NCBI GenBank assembly: GCA_036012125.1
Contig: DASCOS010000002.1
Span: forward strand, 13,021 to 77,020
DNA: 64,000 nucleotides
Origin: Vicinamibacterales bacterium
GTDB lineage: Bacteria > Acidobacteriota > Vicinamibacteria > Vicinamibacterales > UBA823
Direction: 5' to 3'
A program made the position numbers and the translations under genes. The notes beneath the pieces were generated by a model. It saw only the letters and a program-made list of their open reading frames with translations, had not been told where the DNA came from and did not search any database. This document shows, one piece after another, positions 29,320 through 41,352 of the stretch. Numbering within the stretch: the first letter of the stretch is position 1; each line of letters begins with the position of its first letter.

Positions 29320-30099
29320 ATGAAGCGTGTAATCAGCGCTCTAGTCGTATTGGCAGTTCTTGTTGGGACGCTTTGGTGGCTGCCACCCTGGGTAACGTTC
29401 GTTCTTGCAGAGATTGTCGTACTGCTTGCCCTGGTCGAGTATGCGAGATTGGCAGAACGGGTAGGCATGGCTGTGCCAACTGGAATTGTTGTGGTAGCCG
29501 GACTAGCGATTTGCGCGTCCATCGCTTGGGACTACGCGGTGGCGCCGGTGCTTATGACCGCAATGGTCGCCGTGGGTGCTGCCGCGGTCGGTCGAGGTAG
29601 TGTTCAACGTTCGGATGGTTGGTTCTACACCGTTGGACTGTTCGGACCGCTTTACGTGGGTCTTCCAATAGGGACCCTCGCTGCCATTCATTTGAGGCAA
29701 GGACCAGAGTTAGTATTTCTATTGCTGTTCGTCATCGTGGCGAGCGACATTTCGCAGATTTACGGAGGTAGAGCGCTAGGCCGTCGTGCACTGGCCCCGA
29801 CCATAAGTCCGAAGAAGACTGTAGAAGGCGCGATTTGCGGAATCGTGGCAGGTGCTGTGGCGGTGGTATTAGTTGGAAAATGGAGTGGTTTGGATCTTCA
29901 ACCGTTACAAGCTGGGGCATTCGGTGCTGCATTGGCGGGATTCGGGATTATTGGCGATCTGTTCGAATCGAAGTTAAAGCGCGAGGCTGGTGTGAAAGAT
30001 ACGTCGGGGTTGATCCCAGGCCATGGTGGCATTCTGGATCGCCTCGATAGTTGGCTCTTTGCCATTCCGCTCTTCGACGTTGTGATCAGGGGAATGTGA
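29320..30099 (+). CDS. cdsA: phosphatidate cytidylyltransferase
   Basis: Polytopic membrane protein with signature SKLKREAGVKDTSGLIPGHGGILDRLDS. Confidence 0.9.
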   Translation: MKRVISALVVLAVLVGTLWWLPPWVTFVLAEIVVLLALVEYARLAERVGMAVPTGIVVVAGLAICASIAWDYAVAPVLMTAMVAVGAAAVGRGSVQRSDGWFYTVGLFGPLYVGLPIGTLAAIHLRQGPELVFLLLFVIVASDISQIYGGRALGRRALAPTISPKKTVEGAICGIVAGAVAVVLVGKWSGLDLQPLQAGAFGAALAGFGIIGDLFESKLKREAGVKDTSGLIPGHGGILDRLDSWLFAIPLFDVVIRGM

Positions 30100-31283
30100 G
30101 CGTGAAAAGTATCGCGATTCTAGGGTCAACTGGTTCCATTGGCACTACTGCACTGGCGGTCGTGGAAGCCAATTCCGACGCGTTACGCGTCGTTGGTCTT
30201 GCGGCTGGGGAGAATTCGGCACGCCTCGCTGAACAGGCGGTGCGTTTTAAGCCTAATGTCATCGGGATGGCCACACCCGATGCTTTAACCGAAGTGCGAA
30301 GGGCGCTGGGTGTTGATGGCACAAGGGGGGTTGCGTTGCACGCTGGCCCTGAAGGCCTTGCTGCCGTGGCGACACATCCCGAAGCTGACATCGTGCTATG
30401 CGCTTCTGCTGGCACCTCTGCACTCGAGGCAGTCCTATTGGCGATCGAGGCAGGAAAGACGATTGCTCTCGCGAATAAAGAGGTGCTGGTGGTAGCTGGG
30501 GGTCTTGTGATGGAAGCTGCCCGACGGCGCGGTGTTGCGATTCTTCCCGTCGATAGCGAGCACAACGCGATCCACCAGTGTCTGCACGGTCGACCTGTTT
30601 CAGATGTGCGGCGTTTGATTTTAACTGCGTCAGGGGGCCCTTTTCGTGAATGGCCGCCTGAGCGTCTGAAAACCGTTCGGCCTGAGGACGCGCTACGCCA
30701 TCCGACATGGAACATGGGAGATAAGATCACCGTTGACTCGGCCACGTTGATGAATAAGGGGTTGGAGGTCATTGAAGCGCGCTGGTTGTTTGGCATGACG
30801 GCTGATGACATTGACGTTCTCGTGCACCCTCAGTCAGTTGTCCATTCGATGGTCGAACTGTGTGATGGATCAGTCATTGCTCAGTTGGGCATTACCAATA
30901 TGCGGCTGCCGATTCAGTATGCTTTTTCGTACCCTGACCGATGGAACGCCAGCGTGGAGACGCTGGACCTTTCAAACTGCGGGCCACTAGAGTTCCACCA
31001 ACCTGACTCTGAGCGTTTTTCTTGCTTGGGACTAGCCTACCGTGCATTGCGGACGGAGGGTGCGCTACCGATTGTCCTAAACGCAGCCAACGAGGTTGCG
31101 GTATCTGCTTTTCTCCGAGGTAAGTTGCCCTTCATCGGGATTCCTATGTTGATTGAGCGCGCTCTGAATGCCCGAACCAATATGGAAAACACTCCGATCC
31201 GTACACTGGCCGAGGTGCGTGATGTGGATCGCTGGGCACACGAGTTTTCACGTGAACTGCTCCCAGAGGTACAATCAGTGTGA
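30096..31283 (+). CDS. dxr: 1-deoxy-D-xylulose 5-phosphate reductoisomerase
   Basis: Motifs ILGSTGSIGT, LANKE, DSEHNAI, HPQS. The GTG start overlaps the cdsA stop; the GTG at 30102 is an alternative. Confidence 0.92.
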   Translation: MSVKSIAILGSTGSIGTTALAVVEANSDALRVVGLAAGENSARLAEQAVRFKPNVIGMATPDALTEVRRALGVDGTRGVALHAGPEGLAAVATHPEADIVLCASAGTSALEAVLLAIEAGKTIALANKEVLVVAGGLVMEAARRRGVAILPVDSEHNAIHQCLHGRPVSDVRRLILTASGGPFREWPPERLKTVRPEDALRHPTWNMGDKITVDSATLMNKGLEVIEARWLFGMTADDIDVLVHPQSVVHSMVELCDGSVIAQLGITNMRLPIQYAFSYPDRWNASVETLDLSNCGPLEFHQPDSERFSCLGLAYRALRTEGALPIVLNAANEVAVSAFLRGKLPFIGIPMLIERALNARTNMENTPIRTLAEVRDVDRWAHEFSRELLPEVQSV

Positions 31284-31355
31284 AGCGCGTGGGGTGGTCT
31301 GTCGCGCTACGCTTGGCCGACCATCGGTCCGGCTGGTTGAAGACGCGAGGATAGA

Positions 31356-32675
31356 GTGCTAACGAGTCTGGTGGCGTTTGTTTTCGTACTCGGAGTGCTG
31401 GTGTTTGTGCACGAGTTGGGTCATTTCCTGATGGCCCGACGCATCGGCGTACGGGTGTTGACGTTCTCTCTTGGTTTCGGTCCGAAGTTATTAACTGTTC
31501 GGCGAGGTGACACGGATTATTGCGTAAGCGCGATTCCGCTGGGAGGTTACGTGAAGATGGCCGGTGAGAGCCCCGATGAGGCCTCCGCCGGACAAGATGA
31601 CGAGTTTCTATCGAAGACCAAGTGGCAACGCTTCCAGGTCTTGGTCATGGGTCCAACCATGAATATCGTACTCGCCGTCGTCGTCATGGCCATCGTGTTA
31701 TATCAGGGCGCCGAGGTGCCAGCTTACGAAGAGGAAGCACCGGTCGTTGGTGTTGTTGTTGAGGGCTCCCCTGCCGAAACCAGTGGGATTCTTCCGGGAG
31801 ACTTGATTCTCAGTGTAGCGGGTGAATCCGTGCCGGACTGGGAAGCGCTCTTCCTTTCCGTAATGTCACGGGCTGGGCGCGAATTGGAAGTTGTTGTTCT
31901 TCGGGACGGGCAATCCTTAGTGCTACCCGTGACACCAAGCACGAGAACGGAGTTTGAGGTCGGAGACCTCGGAGTCTTGCCGCAGTTGTATCCCCAGATC
32001 CGCGATGTTGTACCAGGCGAGCCAGCTGCCCAGTCTGGTATCAAGTCAGGTGATGTCATTGTGGCGGTTGAGGGAGAACCGGCGACCCGTGACACGCTGA
32101 TAACGCGGATCAATAGCAACCCAGGTCAATTACTGAAACTCACTGTGTCGCGTGATGGTGTGGAGCAGGACATTACGGTAAGACCTGCGTTGAACGGGGA
32201 TGTGGGACTGATCGGCGTTAGCCTAAGTCCGTACGAGGTCCGAATAGTTGAGCCGGGACCTCTACAAGCTGTGCAGTTGAGCATCGAACAGAACTACCAG
32301 TGGTCGGGTCTGATCTTTCAGACCTTGTGGGGCCTCCTGACCCGCGAGACATCACCAAAACAACTCATGGGACCAGTCGGCATTGCACAGCTGTCGGGTG
32401 GTGCTGCCCAGGTCGGATTTGTTGCACTTTTCACGCTGATGGCAATGATTAGCTTAAACTTGGGCATCTTGAACCTCCTACCGATTCCAGTGCTCGATGG
32501 TGGTCACATCTTCATTCTCGCGCTTGAGGGTGCTTCGCAGCGTGACTTTAGTGTGCGTGTCAAGGAGAAGATGCTACTGGCTGGCTTCGTCGTCTTAATG
32601 ATGTTGATGGTGACCGTTATCTATAACGATTTAACACGCATTACTTGGCTCGAAGCACTAATGCCGTGGAGATGA
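31356..32675 (+). CDS. rseP: RIP site-2 zinc metalloprotease
   Basis: HELGHF motif in TM1, two PDZ-like segments, and [12 protein letters not shown]. Confidence 0.9.
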   Translation: MLTSLVAFVFVLGVLVFVHELGHFLMARRIGVRVLTFSLGFGPKLLTVRRGDTDYCVSAIPLGGYVKMAGESPDEASAGQDDEFLSKTKWQRFQVLVMGPTMNIVLAVVVMAIVLYQGAEVPAYEEEAPVVGVVVEGSPAETSGILPGDLILSVAGESVPDWEALFLSVMSRAGRELEVVVLRDGQSLVLPVTPSTRTEFEVGDLGVLPQLYPQIRDVVPGEPAAQSGIKSGDVIVAVEGEPATRDTLITRINSNPGQLLKLTVSRDGVEQDITVRPALNGDVGLIGVSLSPYEVRIVEPGPLQAVQLSIEQNYQWSGLIFQTLWGLLTRETSPKQLMGPVGIAQLSGGAAQVGFVALFTLMAMISLNLGILNLLPIPVLDGGHIFILALEGASQRDFSVRVKEKMLLAGFVVLMMLMVTVIYNDLTRITWLEALMPWR

Positions 32676-32688
32676 TCGCGAGGTATCC

Positions 32689-34284
32689 ATGATTTTCAAG
32701 TTAAAGTTCGCGCATTTTGCAGTGCTCCTTACCGTTTGTTTATCGGTCGCCACACAGGCGTTCGATGAGCGTGTCGACACCGTGATTAATTGGAAAATTC
32801 GTCGTGAGGCAACGACCAACTCAAGGATTATGAATACGTTGCACCATTTGACTGATGTCTATGGACCACGACTGACCGGATCACCAAATCACGAGGCTTC
32901 TGCACGGTGGGCAGTTGAGCAGATGGAGGCGTGGGGCTTGACGAATGGGCATTTAGAGCCATGGGATTTCGGTCATCCGGGCTGGTTGAATGAGCGTATG
33001 ACGGCACATTTACTGGCGCCGGTGAAGGACCCGCTTGTTGCCGAAGTTTTGGCCTGGACACCTAGTACTGAAGGACCCGTTCGAGCAACCGTGTATCAAC
33101 TAATTCTGCCTGACCGGCTAGACGAGGCCAAGCTTGTGGCGCACTTGGACGATGTTGCGGACGATGTTGCTGGCAAGATCGTTCTCGTTGGCGAGGCAAA
33201 TGTAGTGCCTGTGACGATCGATGGTCCACCACGCCGTCGCGATTATGCGGAGTTGAGTGCTCAATACGATCCGAACAACGTTCCGACCTCTCAGCCGCAA
33301 CGGTCGGCAGGTCCAATGCGTGCTGACGACGGCGTGTTATCGGGTCGTCAGGTCGCGCAGCGCGTCGCGAAGTTTCTAAAAGAAGCGGGTGCGGCGGTGC
33401 AAGTAAACGACGCCGGTCGAGACCATGGGCAAATTCGTGCATTCAGTAACCGAACGTATGACGTTGAGGAGGCACCGCCTACTTTAGTAATGCGGAACGA
33501 AGATTTTGGTCGGATCGCACGTCTGCTGCGTCACGGTGAAGTGGAGTTAGAGGTTGATATCGTCAACAGCTGGTATCCGGAAGGCGAGATCAGTTTCAAC
33601 GCGATTGCTGAGATTCCTGGCACCGACAAAGCAGACGAAGTGATCATGCTGGGTGGGCACTTAGATTCATGGCACGCGGCGACCGGTGCGACTGATAACG
33701 GTATCGGTGTTACGGTGATGATGGAGGCTGCTCGCATCCTGCAGGCGATCGGTGTTGAACCCAGGCGGACAATCCGCGTTGCATTGTGGGGCGGTGAGGA
33801 ACAGGGACTGCTGGGTTCACAAGCCTATGTGAAGGAGCATTTCGGTTCGGTGGAGGACCCGAAGCCTGCCCACGCGAAGTTCGGAGGGTATTTCAATATT
33901 GACTCAGGGACCGGCCAGGCACGTGCGGCGACGGTATTCGGCCCACGCGAAGCTGCCGAGGTGCTGAGAATGGCGTTGGCACCATTTAGCGATCTTGGTG
34001 TAGTCGGTGCAGGCGCCACGATGAGCCGTCGCCGTGGCGGTTCAGACCACACGTCGTTCAACGAAGCGGGACTCCCGGGGATTGGCATGCGCCAGGATCC
34101 GATTCAGTATGGAACCTATACTTGGCACACGAGCTTGGACACCTACGAGCGTGTCATTGAGCAGGATGCCATCAAATCGGCCATTGCAATTGCGGCGGCG
34201 GTGTACCATCTGGCGATGAGGGACGAATTGCTGCCACGGTTGGGCGAACAAATGCCGTCGTTGCCAGGTTCGTCAACCCAGTAG
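32689..34284 (+). CDS. secreted M28-family aminopeptidase with PA-like insert
   Basis: Signal peptide. Metal ligand motifs [31 protein letters not shown]. Confidence 0.8.
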   Translation: MIFKLKFAHFAVLLTVCLSVATQAFDERVDTVINWKIRREATTNSRIMNTLHHLTDVYGPRLTGSPNHEASARWAVEQMEAWGLTNGHLEPWDFGHPGWLNERMTAHLLAPVKDPLVAEVLAWTPSTEGPVRATVYQLILPDRLDEAKLVAHLDDVADDVAGKIVLVGEANVVPVTIDGPPRRRDYAELSAQYDPNNVPTSQPQRSAGPMRADDGVLSGRQVAQRVAKFLKEAGAAVQVNDAGRDHGQIRAFSNRTYDVEEAPPTLVMRNEDFGRIARLLRHGEVELEVDIVNSWYPEGEISFNAIAEIPGTDKADEVIMLGGHLDSWHAATGATDNGIGVTVMMEAARILQAIGVEPRRTIRVALWGGEEQGLLGSQAYVKEHFGSVEDPKPAHAKFGGYFNIDSGTGQARAATVFGPREAAEVLRMALAPFSDLGVVGAGATMSRRRGGSDHTSFNEAGLPGIGMRQDPIQYGTYTWHTSLDTYERVIEQDAIKSAIAIAAAVYHLAMRDELLPRLGEQMPSLPGSSTQ

Positions 34285-34499
34285 CGTCCTTCGGTCTCAC
34301 TGATTCGGCGGCTTGCTTTTGCGTCCGGCCTAAATCGGCCTCAGCCACCATGTGTTCAAACACCGACCAGTCACGGTCGGTGGTGATTGTGTCTGCACCA
34401 CCGGGCCGATGAATTAAGTGGATCTCGGCTTTCCGCACGAAGTAATTAATGTTCCATGACTAATTTCATCTTATTCAAATTCTTCTCCCACCGCGCACC

Positions 34500-35885
34500 A
34501 TGTCCGTGATGCTACAGCGGTGGCTAGGATTACGGCGAGAAGTTGGACCAATGTTGAATCTCGCTGTTCCAGTTGTCGTCGCCGAAATGAGTTGGGTCAC
34601 GATGGGAACTGTTGACATTCTGATGGTCAGGGCACTTGGGCCATCGGCGATTGGTGCAGTAGGCGTGGGCTCCATGCTGTTTTTGGCTCTGGCGGTCTTT
34701 GGGATTGGCGTTCTTCTGGGGCTCGACACTGTCATTGCCCAGTCGTTCGGAGCGGGCCAACGCGATGAATGTCACCGGTGGTTTGTGCACGGTGTCGTCA
34801 TGAGCGTGATACTCACAATTCCACTGACCTTGGTTGCATGGGTGGCGATTGCCCGTCTCGATCTCTGGGGTTTTGACCTAACCGTGCTAAATCTGACTGA
34901 GCCATATTTGCGAATCGTAACCTGGAGTGTCTGGCCGTTGCTTCTGTATACAGCTTTTCGTCGTTACCTCCAGGCGATGGGCGTGGTTAAGCCGACCATG
35001 TTTATCCTGCTGATGGCAAACCTTGTGAATGTGTTGGCCAATTGGATGTTGATTCACGGGAATCTCGGAGCGCCCGCCCTCGGCGTAGACGGTGCGGGAT
35101 GGGCCACCTTCATTTCACGGAGCTATTTGGCGCTTGGTTTACTTTCCGTCGTGGTCTGGCGTGATGCTCGTACCGACTACGGGCTTAGGCGAGTGTCCTG
35201 GGTGATTGAGCGCTCACGATTAAGGCAACTGTTATGGCTTGGGCTTCCGGCGGCCATGCAAGTGACGCTGGAAGTTGGAGTGTTCTCGGCCGCTAGCGCA
35301 CTGGCTGGCCGCTTGGCGCCGGTAGCGCTTGCAGCTCACCAAATTACCCTGAACATGGCCAGCTTTACCTTTATGGTACCGCTGGGCCTAGCGTCGGCTG
35401 CTGCGGTGCGTGTTGGCCACGCCGTGGGTCGCCAGGACACATATGGGGCTAATCAAGCGGGATGGACCGCTGTGATGCTGGGAGTGTTCTGCATGGCCTG
35501 CGCTTCTGCTATTTTCTTGCTCATCCCTAGCCGACTGATGGGTCTCTTTACAGTCGATTTAACAGTGGTCGATCTTGGGGTCACATTACTTTTCGTAGCT
35601 GCAATCTTTCAGATTTTCGATGGACTGCAGGGAGTACTTACCGGGGCCTTGCGAGGACTTGGTGATACCCGAACACCGATGTTCTTGAATCTGGCTGGTC
35701 ATTGGGCATTTGGTTTGCCGCTCGGTTATACAATCTGCTTCGTGTTGGGCTACGGCGTGGTTGGGTTGTGGATCGGCTTGTCAGCAGGGTTGATTGTTGT
35801 GTCGCTATTGCTTCTCATGGTGTGGGGCAGGCGTATGACGCAACTGAGAGAAAATGCTTTCAGTAGGATTATTACCGAATCGTAA
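34500..35885 (+). CDS. MATE family efflux transporter
   Basis: 461 aa with 12 predicted TM helices and a typical MATE N-terminus (EVGPMLNLAVPVVVAEMS). Confidence 0.85.
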   Translation: MSVMLQRWLGLRREVGPMLNLAVPVVVAEMSWVTMGTVDILMVRALGPSAIGAVGVGSMLFLALAVFGIGVLLGLDTVIAQSFGAGQRDECHRWFVHGVVMSVILTIPLTLVAWVAIARLDLWGFDLTVLNLTEPYLRIVTWSVWPLLLYTAFRRYLQAMGVVKPTMFILLMANLVNVLANWMLIHGNLGAPALGVDGAGWATFISRSYLALGLLSVVVWRDARTDYGLRRVSWVIERSRLRQLLWLGLPAAMQVTLEVGVFSAASALAGRLAPVALAAHQITLNMASFTFMVPLGLASAAAVRVGHAVGRQDTYGANQAGWTAVMLGVFCMACASAIFLLIPSRLMGLFTVDLTVVDLGVTLLFVAAIFQIFDGLQGVLTGALRGLGDTRTPMFLNLAGHWAFGLPLGYTICFVLGYGVVGLWIGLSAGLIVVSLLLLMVWGRRMTQLRENAFSRIITES

Positions 35886-35892
35886 CAGCCGG

Positions 35893-36735
35893 TTACTGGT
35901 TTCTTTTTAGGGCGTATTTGATGATAGCTTTGGCTAAGCCTTCTTCATCGTTAGTGTCTGTTTGAATCCATCCGGGTTTTTTCAAACCAGGAGTGGCGTT
36001 TCCCATCACTACTGGGATGCCGGCGAACTCTAGCATCTCACGATCATTGAGGTTATCGCCGACGGCCATCACTTCGCTGGGTGTCAGGCCTCGTTGCGTG
36101 GACCACTCAGCAAGCGTTCGTCCTTTAGAGCGGCCCGGACTAACTACGTCGAGTAGGGAAAAGTTGCGCAGTTGATACTCAGTCAACGCTTGGGAGTACT
36201 CAGCAGCCCTCGGAAGAGATGTAAGAAGCTCCGCGAGTTCGCGCATGCTGCTAACGTCGCCTGTGAATCCTAGCTGCAATGGGTCCTCAGTTAGCTCGGT
36301 CGCCAGTGACGAGACCTGCGTGATCCATGCGTTGTGTAGCTCGAAGTAATGCCTTCGATGTGGATGCGTCCAATCGATCCGCTCGCAAAGAAATTGTCTG
36401 TCATCGTCCCGATCGAATATTGCGGCGGCGCCGTCGCGAACAGAACGTGTTTCCTTCACGATGTAACGTGCCGTCTCTGCCGGCAGAGTATGAGAAGCTA
36501 AGGTCGCGCCTGACTGGTCCTTGACGACTGATCCATTGTTCAAGATTAATATCGTTCGTGCGGGCATCTGGAGCGCAAGTTCACGGGTATGATGAAAACT
36601 GCGTCCGGTGACTAGGACAATGTCGACACCGTGCCTTGAGGCTTCTTGCAGCACGCTCCGATTGTTTTCTGGCAGTCTGGACGAGCTATCGAGTAGTGTG
36701 CCGTCGATGTCGATGGCGATTAGCTTGATCGGCAT
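35893..36735 (-). CDS. Cof-type HAD-IIB phosphatase
   Basis: Motifs IAIDIDGTLLD, VTGR, GDNLND. Confidence 0.8.
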   Translation of the reverse strand: MPIKLIAIDIDGTLLDSSSRLPENNRSVLQEASRHGVDIVLVTGRSFHHTRELALQMPARTILILNNGSVVKDQSGATLASHTLPAETARYIVKETRSVRDGAAAIFDRDDDRQFLCERIDWTHPHRRHYFELHNAWITQVSSLATELTEDPLQLGFTGDVSSMRELAELLTSLPRAAEYSQALTEYQLRNFSLLDVVSPGRSKGRTLAEWSTQRGLTPSEVMAVGDNLNDREMLEFAGIPVVMGNATPGLKKPGWIQTDTNDEEGLAKAIIKYALKRNQ

Positions 36736-36755
36736 CGGAGAGTGTCCGTAGGTGC

Positions 36756-38003
36756 TCAGACAGATTCCCGAGCTGGTTTACGAGGATAATGTTCAGCCAC
36801 GTAGTCATCAACCAGCGCACGGAAGGCTTCAGCTAGTTCCTCGTAGCTACCCTTAAGCGTTGTAGTGTGGATTCCGTCAATATAGACAGGGCAGAGGGGC
36901 GCTTCACCAGTTCCGGGCAGACTAATACCTATGTTGGCCGCTTTTGATTCGCCTGGTCCGTTAACGACGCAGCCCATGACTGCCAAACGCATTTCTTCAA
37001 CGCCATCGTAATCTTTCTTCCACTCCGGCATCATATCTCGCACATAAGCTTGGATTCGTTCGGCAAGTTCCTGAAACGTGGAGCTCGTTGTCCGCCCACA
37101 GCCGGGGCAGGCAGTGACGCTTGGAGCAAAGGACCGCAACCCGAGTGACTGCAGTAATTCGCAGGCCGCTGTCACCTCGTTACGGCGGTCGCCCCCAGGC
37201 TGCGGCGTGAGCGAAACCCGGATTGTGTCACCGATCCCTTGGTTAAGCAGTATGCCCATCGCCGTCGAGGACCAGACCATTCCTTTAATACCCATGCCAG
37301 CCTCGGTGAGACCAAGGTGGAGCGGCTGGTCAGTCCTAGCTGCTAGTTCGGTGTAAACGGAAATAAGATTATCTGGTTGTGAGACCTTACAAGAGATCAC
37401 GATCTGTTCTTTGCGCAGCCCGGCCTCGAGCGCCAACTCGGTTGATTGCAGCGCTGACAACACGAGACATTCGTTGATGATTTCTTCTGACGAGCGACCC
37501 AGATTGCGGTCTGTATTCTCTTGCATCTTCGCCGTGACTAGGTCCTGATCGAGTGAACCGCCATTTACTCCAATCCGAATCGGTGTTTCATGATCGCGAG
37601 CGATCTTGCAGATCGTAGTGAATTGCTCGTCCCGACGATCGCCAGTTCCGACGTTGCCAGGATTGATCCGGAACTTATCGAGTATCCGCGCGCAGTCAGG
37701 GTGTCGCATTAACAGTTGATGCCCGTTGTAATGGAAATCGCCTACAAGCGGTACGACAAGGCCTTGATCGTTGAGGCGTTGCCGAATTTCAGGGACCGCG
37801 TTGGCTGCTTCAGGGACGTTGACTGTGATTCGTACCAATTCCGACCCAGCCTTAGCTAGCTCAGCACACTGTTCTGCGGTGGCCGCTGCATCGGCTGTGT
37901 CGGTCATCGTCATCGACTGCACGACCACCGGCGCACCGCCCCCAATCTGAACATTGCCGACTCTTACCCCGACCGTTCGGTGCATCTTCAACTTAGCCAC
38001 CAC
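36756..38003 (-). CDS. ispG: 4-hydroxy-3-methylbut-2-enyl diphosphate synthase
   Basis: Motifs [27 protein letters not shown]. Confidence 0.92.
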   Translation of the reverse strand: MVAKLKMHRTVGVRVGNVQIGGGAPVVVQSMTMTDTADAAATAEQCAELAKAGSELVRITVNVPEAANAVPEIRQRLNDQGLVVPLVGDFHYNGHQLLMRHPDCARILDKFRINPGNVGTGDRRDEQFTTICKIARDHETPIRIGVNGGSLDQDLVTAKMQENTDRNLGRSSEEIINECLVLSALQSTELALEAGLRKEQIVISCKVSQPDNLISVYTELAARTDQPLHLGLTEAGMGIKGMVWSSTAMGILLNQGIGDTIRVSLTPQPGGDRRNEVTAACELLQSLGLRSFAPSVTACPGCGRTTSSTFQELAERIQAYVRDMMPEWKKDYDGVEEMRLAVMGCVVNGPGESKAANIGISLPGTGEAPLCPVYIDGIHTTTLKGSYEELAEAFRALVDDYVAEHYPRKPARESV

Positions 38004-38216
38004 TCCGATAATAGCATCTGGGTTGACGTCCAGATTTGTTTACCAATCACCCCCACCACTCTACTTCTTTGGTGTGGTCAGGAATGACGTTCACTAGAGA
38101 CCGGTGTTGTCATAGGGTGTGTGAAGTGTCGAGTTCACGTTTCACGTCTATCGAAATAGCGGCGCTTAACTCACCAGATATAACTTCAGAACGAAGCAGG
38201 TGAGTGACCTTGTAGT

Positions 38217-40796
38217 TCACTCCGGTGGGGTCCGCGGTGGTGCTGGTGCAGGCACGTCATCTCTCACGAGATTCAATTCCTTGATATCCGGATCCCAGTG
38301 GAGATCGCCGAGTAAGTGTTCCACGAAATACTCTGCACGTAACCAGAACCAGTAGTCTCCCATGTCTCCATAGCTATGGCGTTGGCCTGGAAACATGAAG
38401 AAGTCGAAGCGTTTATTAGCCCTGATCAACGCTTCTGCCATTCTCAACGTCCCTACTGGGTGGACGTTGTTGTCGATGTCACCCGTTGTGAGTAATAGAT
38501 GCCCCTGCAGGTTTTGTGCAAGGTCCGAGTTCTTGTCGATGTCATACTCAAAACTCACCTCACCATCTTCACTCAAGACTTCTTTGATGCCGTGATGTTT
38601 CTCTGACCAAAAGCTGTTGTAGACATCATTGTTGTGATTACCAGATGACGACACGGCGACCTTGAACAAGTCAGGGTAGACGAGCATAGCGGCTGTCGAC
38701 ATGAATCCTCCACCTGAATGTCCATAAATACCCACGCGGTCTTGGTCAATGAACTCGTGTCGGTCTACCAGTTGTTCAATCGCGACTTTCTTGTCGGCGA
38801 GGCCATAGTCACGAAGGTCCCCGTAGCCATAGTTGTGGTACCACTTCGAGCGAGCCGGGTGCCCCCCCCGGTTGCCCACGGTGACCACTATGAAGCCGAA
38901 CTGTGAAAGTGCTGTTTCGTAGCGGTTAGTTGAAAATGACTTTGACACCGATTCCGTCTGGGGTCCAGGATAAACATATTCAATAATCGGATATTTTTTC
39001 GTTGGATCGAAATCAAACGGTTTATACATGACGCCGTACAAGTCGGTGATGCGGTCCTCAGCCTTGACACTGTAGGGTTCGGGAAACTCGTATCCAGCAG
39101 CCATGAGCTGTGAGAAGTCAGCCTCTTCTAGGTCCAGGACCCTCTTCCCGTCGACGCTAACGAGTGCTGTGCTGGGACGCGTATTTACTCGCGAGTAGTT
39201 GTCGACAAAGAATCGATTTGACTCGCCAATATAGACTCGGTGGTCGAAGTTTCCAGGGTAAAGTAGCTCGACTCCAGTGCCGTCAAGGTTTACTCGGTAC
39301 AGGTGCTGATAGTACGGATCCTCCTCGGGCTGGCGGGCGTTTGCCATGACGTAGGCAACACCCGCAGCCTCGTCAATGCCGACGATTCGTCGGACGGACC
39401 AAGCACCCTCGGTTAATTGACGCTTGGGCATACCATCTTGACCATAGCGGTACAAATGTGCCCAGCCATCGCGTTCTGACCACCAGAGTAAGTCGCCGGA
39501 TGCCAGCCGCTCGAGCGGTTGAGTTTCCACGTAGGTATTAAGTTCCTCTTCGAACAGAACGCGTACCTCTCCCGTAACGGTGTCAGCGACGCAAACTTCG
39601 ACCTTGTGTCGGTCTCGACTTTGACGCCAGAAGTGCAATTCACTCGACGCATCCGATAACCAGAGATCACGCTCTGGCTCATCGCTGTCGGGATATTCGA
39701 ACCTCCGATCGTTCCAGATGCCGACCTGCTGGTCCTTGAACCTGTCGGCGCCCACTGTAATCATCCGCTTCAATTCAAGGTCATAAATCCGAATTTCACG
39801 CTGCGCGATCTTCTCTTCCCCGGCCATGTCGTATTTATATGTTTCGAGTTCTGGGCGTCTGTTTCCCACGGAGTGGATTACCCATAGGTCGCCTGTCTGG
39901 CGCTGGTCGAGCCGAACGATCGCAAAGTACCGAGAGTCATGGGCCCACGAGATGCTAGCGTGCTTGCGCTTCTCCCTGTTCTTCGCCTTCTCCGTATCAG
40001 TATCACCACGATCACGATCGGCGTAGCTGTAATGTTCTTCTCCATCTGTTGAGAGTTGAGTTTCACTTACCTCAACGCCTTCTTCAGCTTCGTTGGCTTC
40101 GTCCTCGTCCTTCCCGCGTCGAGCCTCAAGAATTTGTTGGTAGGCCTCACCGGTCATCGCGTACAAATTGTGGTTTCGTGCAAACACAACCGTGTTGCCA
40201 TCAGGTGATACGCTAGCCCACGCTGGATGGTTGTCAGGGCCCTCCCAGTTCTCGAGCTGCCGAAGTGTTCTGGTAGTCACGTCGTACTCGAAGTGGAAGA
40301 CCCGCTTCTTGCTGGCCTTGACTCCGTTGCTATCGTTCTGATCTTCTTGGTCCTGCTCTTCCTCGGTTCGGTTCCCAACCTCATCACGCTCTTCATCCTG
40401 TGACGATTGAACCTCAAACTGGAGTGTGTCTTGGTCAATAAATCTGATTCCCCGAATCGGCAAGTGTTGTCCGTCCCAAGGGTCCTTCGTTAGCCTGGTT
40501 AATTCAGCAGCAATTCGGTCGTTGTCGAAGACGGCTGTTTTAGTGCCTTGTGCTGGGTCGACCAAATAGAATGACTTGCCGTTTGAGGTTTCCCACTCAT
40601 ACCAGAACCGGTCACTCCCCTCGATCCAATGAGGCGTGACCGTGGTGCTGTAAATAAGCCTGTTTAATTTGTAAGGAGCAAAACGGGCTGCTAGTTGGTA
40701 GTTTGCGGTGGCCACACGGTTGTCTTCTTGGCCAATCAGAGGCGTCGTGGTGAGACTCAACGTGAGAAGGAAGCAAAACCACGCATGACGTGTCAT
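38217..40796 (-). CDS. secreted S9B dipeptidyl-peptidase IV-family serine peptidase
   Basis: Signal peptide, a beta-propeller region with acidic low-complexity inserts, catalytic GHSGGG, and a C-terminal Asp/His region. Confidence 0.85.
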   Translation of the reverse strand: MTRHAWFCFLLTLSLTTTPLIGQEDNRVATANYQLAARFAPYKLNRLIYSTTVTPHWIEGSDRFWYEWETSNGKSFYLVDPAQGTKTAVFDNDRIAAELTRLTKDPWDGQHLPIRGIRFIDQDTLQFEVQSSQDEERDEVGNRTEEEQDQEDQNDSNGVKASKKRVFHFEYDVTTRTLRQLENWEGPDNHPAWASVSPDGNTVVFARNHNLYAMTGEAYQQILEARRGKDEDEANEAEEGVEVSETQLSTDGEEHYSYADRDRGDTDTEKAKNREKRKHASISWAHDSRYFAIVRLDQRQTGDLWVIHSVGNRRPELETYKYDMAGEEKIAQREIRIYDLELKRMITVGADRFKDQQVGIWNDRRFEYPDSDEPERDLWLSDASSELHFWRQSRDRHKVEVCVADTVTGEVRVLFEEELNTYVETQPLERLASGDLLWWSERDGWAHLYRYGQDGMPKRQLTEGAWSVRRIVGIDEAAGVAYVMANARQPEEDPYYQHLYRVNLDGTGVELLYPGNFDHRVYIGESNRFFVDNYSRVNTRPSTALVSVDGKRVLDLEEADFSQLMAAGYEFPEPYSVKAEDRITDLYGVMYKPFDFDPTKKYPIIEYVYPGPQTESVSKSFSTNRYETALSQFGFIVVTVGNRGGHPARSKWYHNYGYGDLRDYGLADKKVAIEQLVDRHEFIDQDRVGIYGHSGGGFMSTAAMLVYPDLFKVAVSSSGNHNNDVYNSFWSEKHHGIKEVLSEDGEVSFEYDIDKNSDLAQNLQGHLLLTTGDIDNNVHPVGTLRMAEALIRANKRFDFFMFPGQRHSYGDMGDYWFWLRAEYFVEHLLGDLHWDPDIKELNLVRDDVPAPAPPRTPPE

Positions 40797-40902
40797 AGTG
40801 TCCTCTTAGTTTAAAGAAGGTGAAGCGATCGCTCCGAAAATAGGCTTGACAGTCGAGACGAGCGTGCTGTGGTGAGATCTTTTTGTCACGGATGGTGTGG
40901 AA

Positions 40903-41352
40903 TTATAACTCTACATCGGTGGCTGACCGGTAGTTACACACGGGGCGGTTTGTGAAGAGGGGTGTCACCATCGAACCGAAACCGTTGACACGCAGTGGGA
41001 CTCCGGCTTCAGAGGCCACCTCAGCCAGTCCCTCGGCAAGCTGATCACCTAACTTGGCCAGTTGGTGATACAGCCGTTCCGACAACCTTGAAAGTGTCTA
41101 GGTTCCAGCAGTCATCGCCAGCGGATTACCCGATAAGGTGCCCGCCTGATATACAGGCCCATCGGACGCGATATGGGTCATGAGATCTTCGCGGCCACCA
41201 TAGGCGCCAACTGGTAATCCGCCCCCGATGATCTTTCCGAGGCAAGTTAGGTCAGGCTTGACGCCAAAGATGGTCTGGGCACCACCTAATGCCACTCGGA
41301 AACCAGAGATAACCTCGTCAAAGATGAGTAGAACTCCACTTTGGTCGCACAA
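40903..41352 (-). pseudogene. hemL: glutamate-1-semialdehyde 2,1-aminomutase remnant, truncated at both ends with an internal TAG
   Basis: One frame reads [21 protein letters not shown]...[16 protein letters not shown]...[19 protein letters not shown](41098-41100)-TLSRLSERLY...GFGSMVTPLFT. The roughly 220 N-terminal codons are absent, and the frame stops right at the VWA gene end. The C-terminus is lost after DVEL. Confidence 0.8.

Noticed and set aside
34172-34459. A minus-strand ORF (..AEIHLIHRPGGADTITTDRDWSVFEHMV..) between the M28 peptidase and the MATE genes.
   Set aside because: More than half of it is antisense to the M28 3' end. There is no recognisable family, no RBS, and a stop lies directly upstream.
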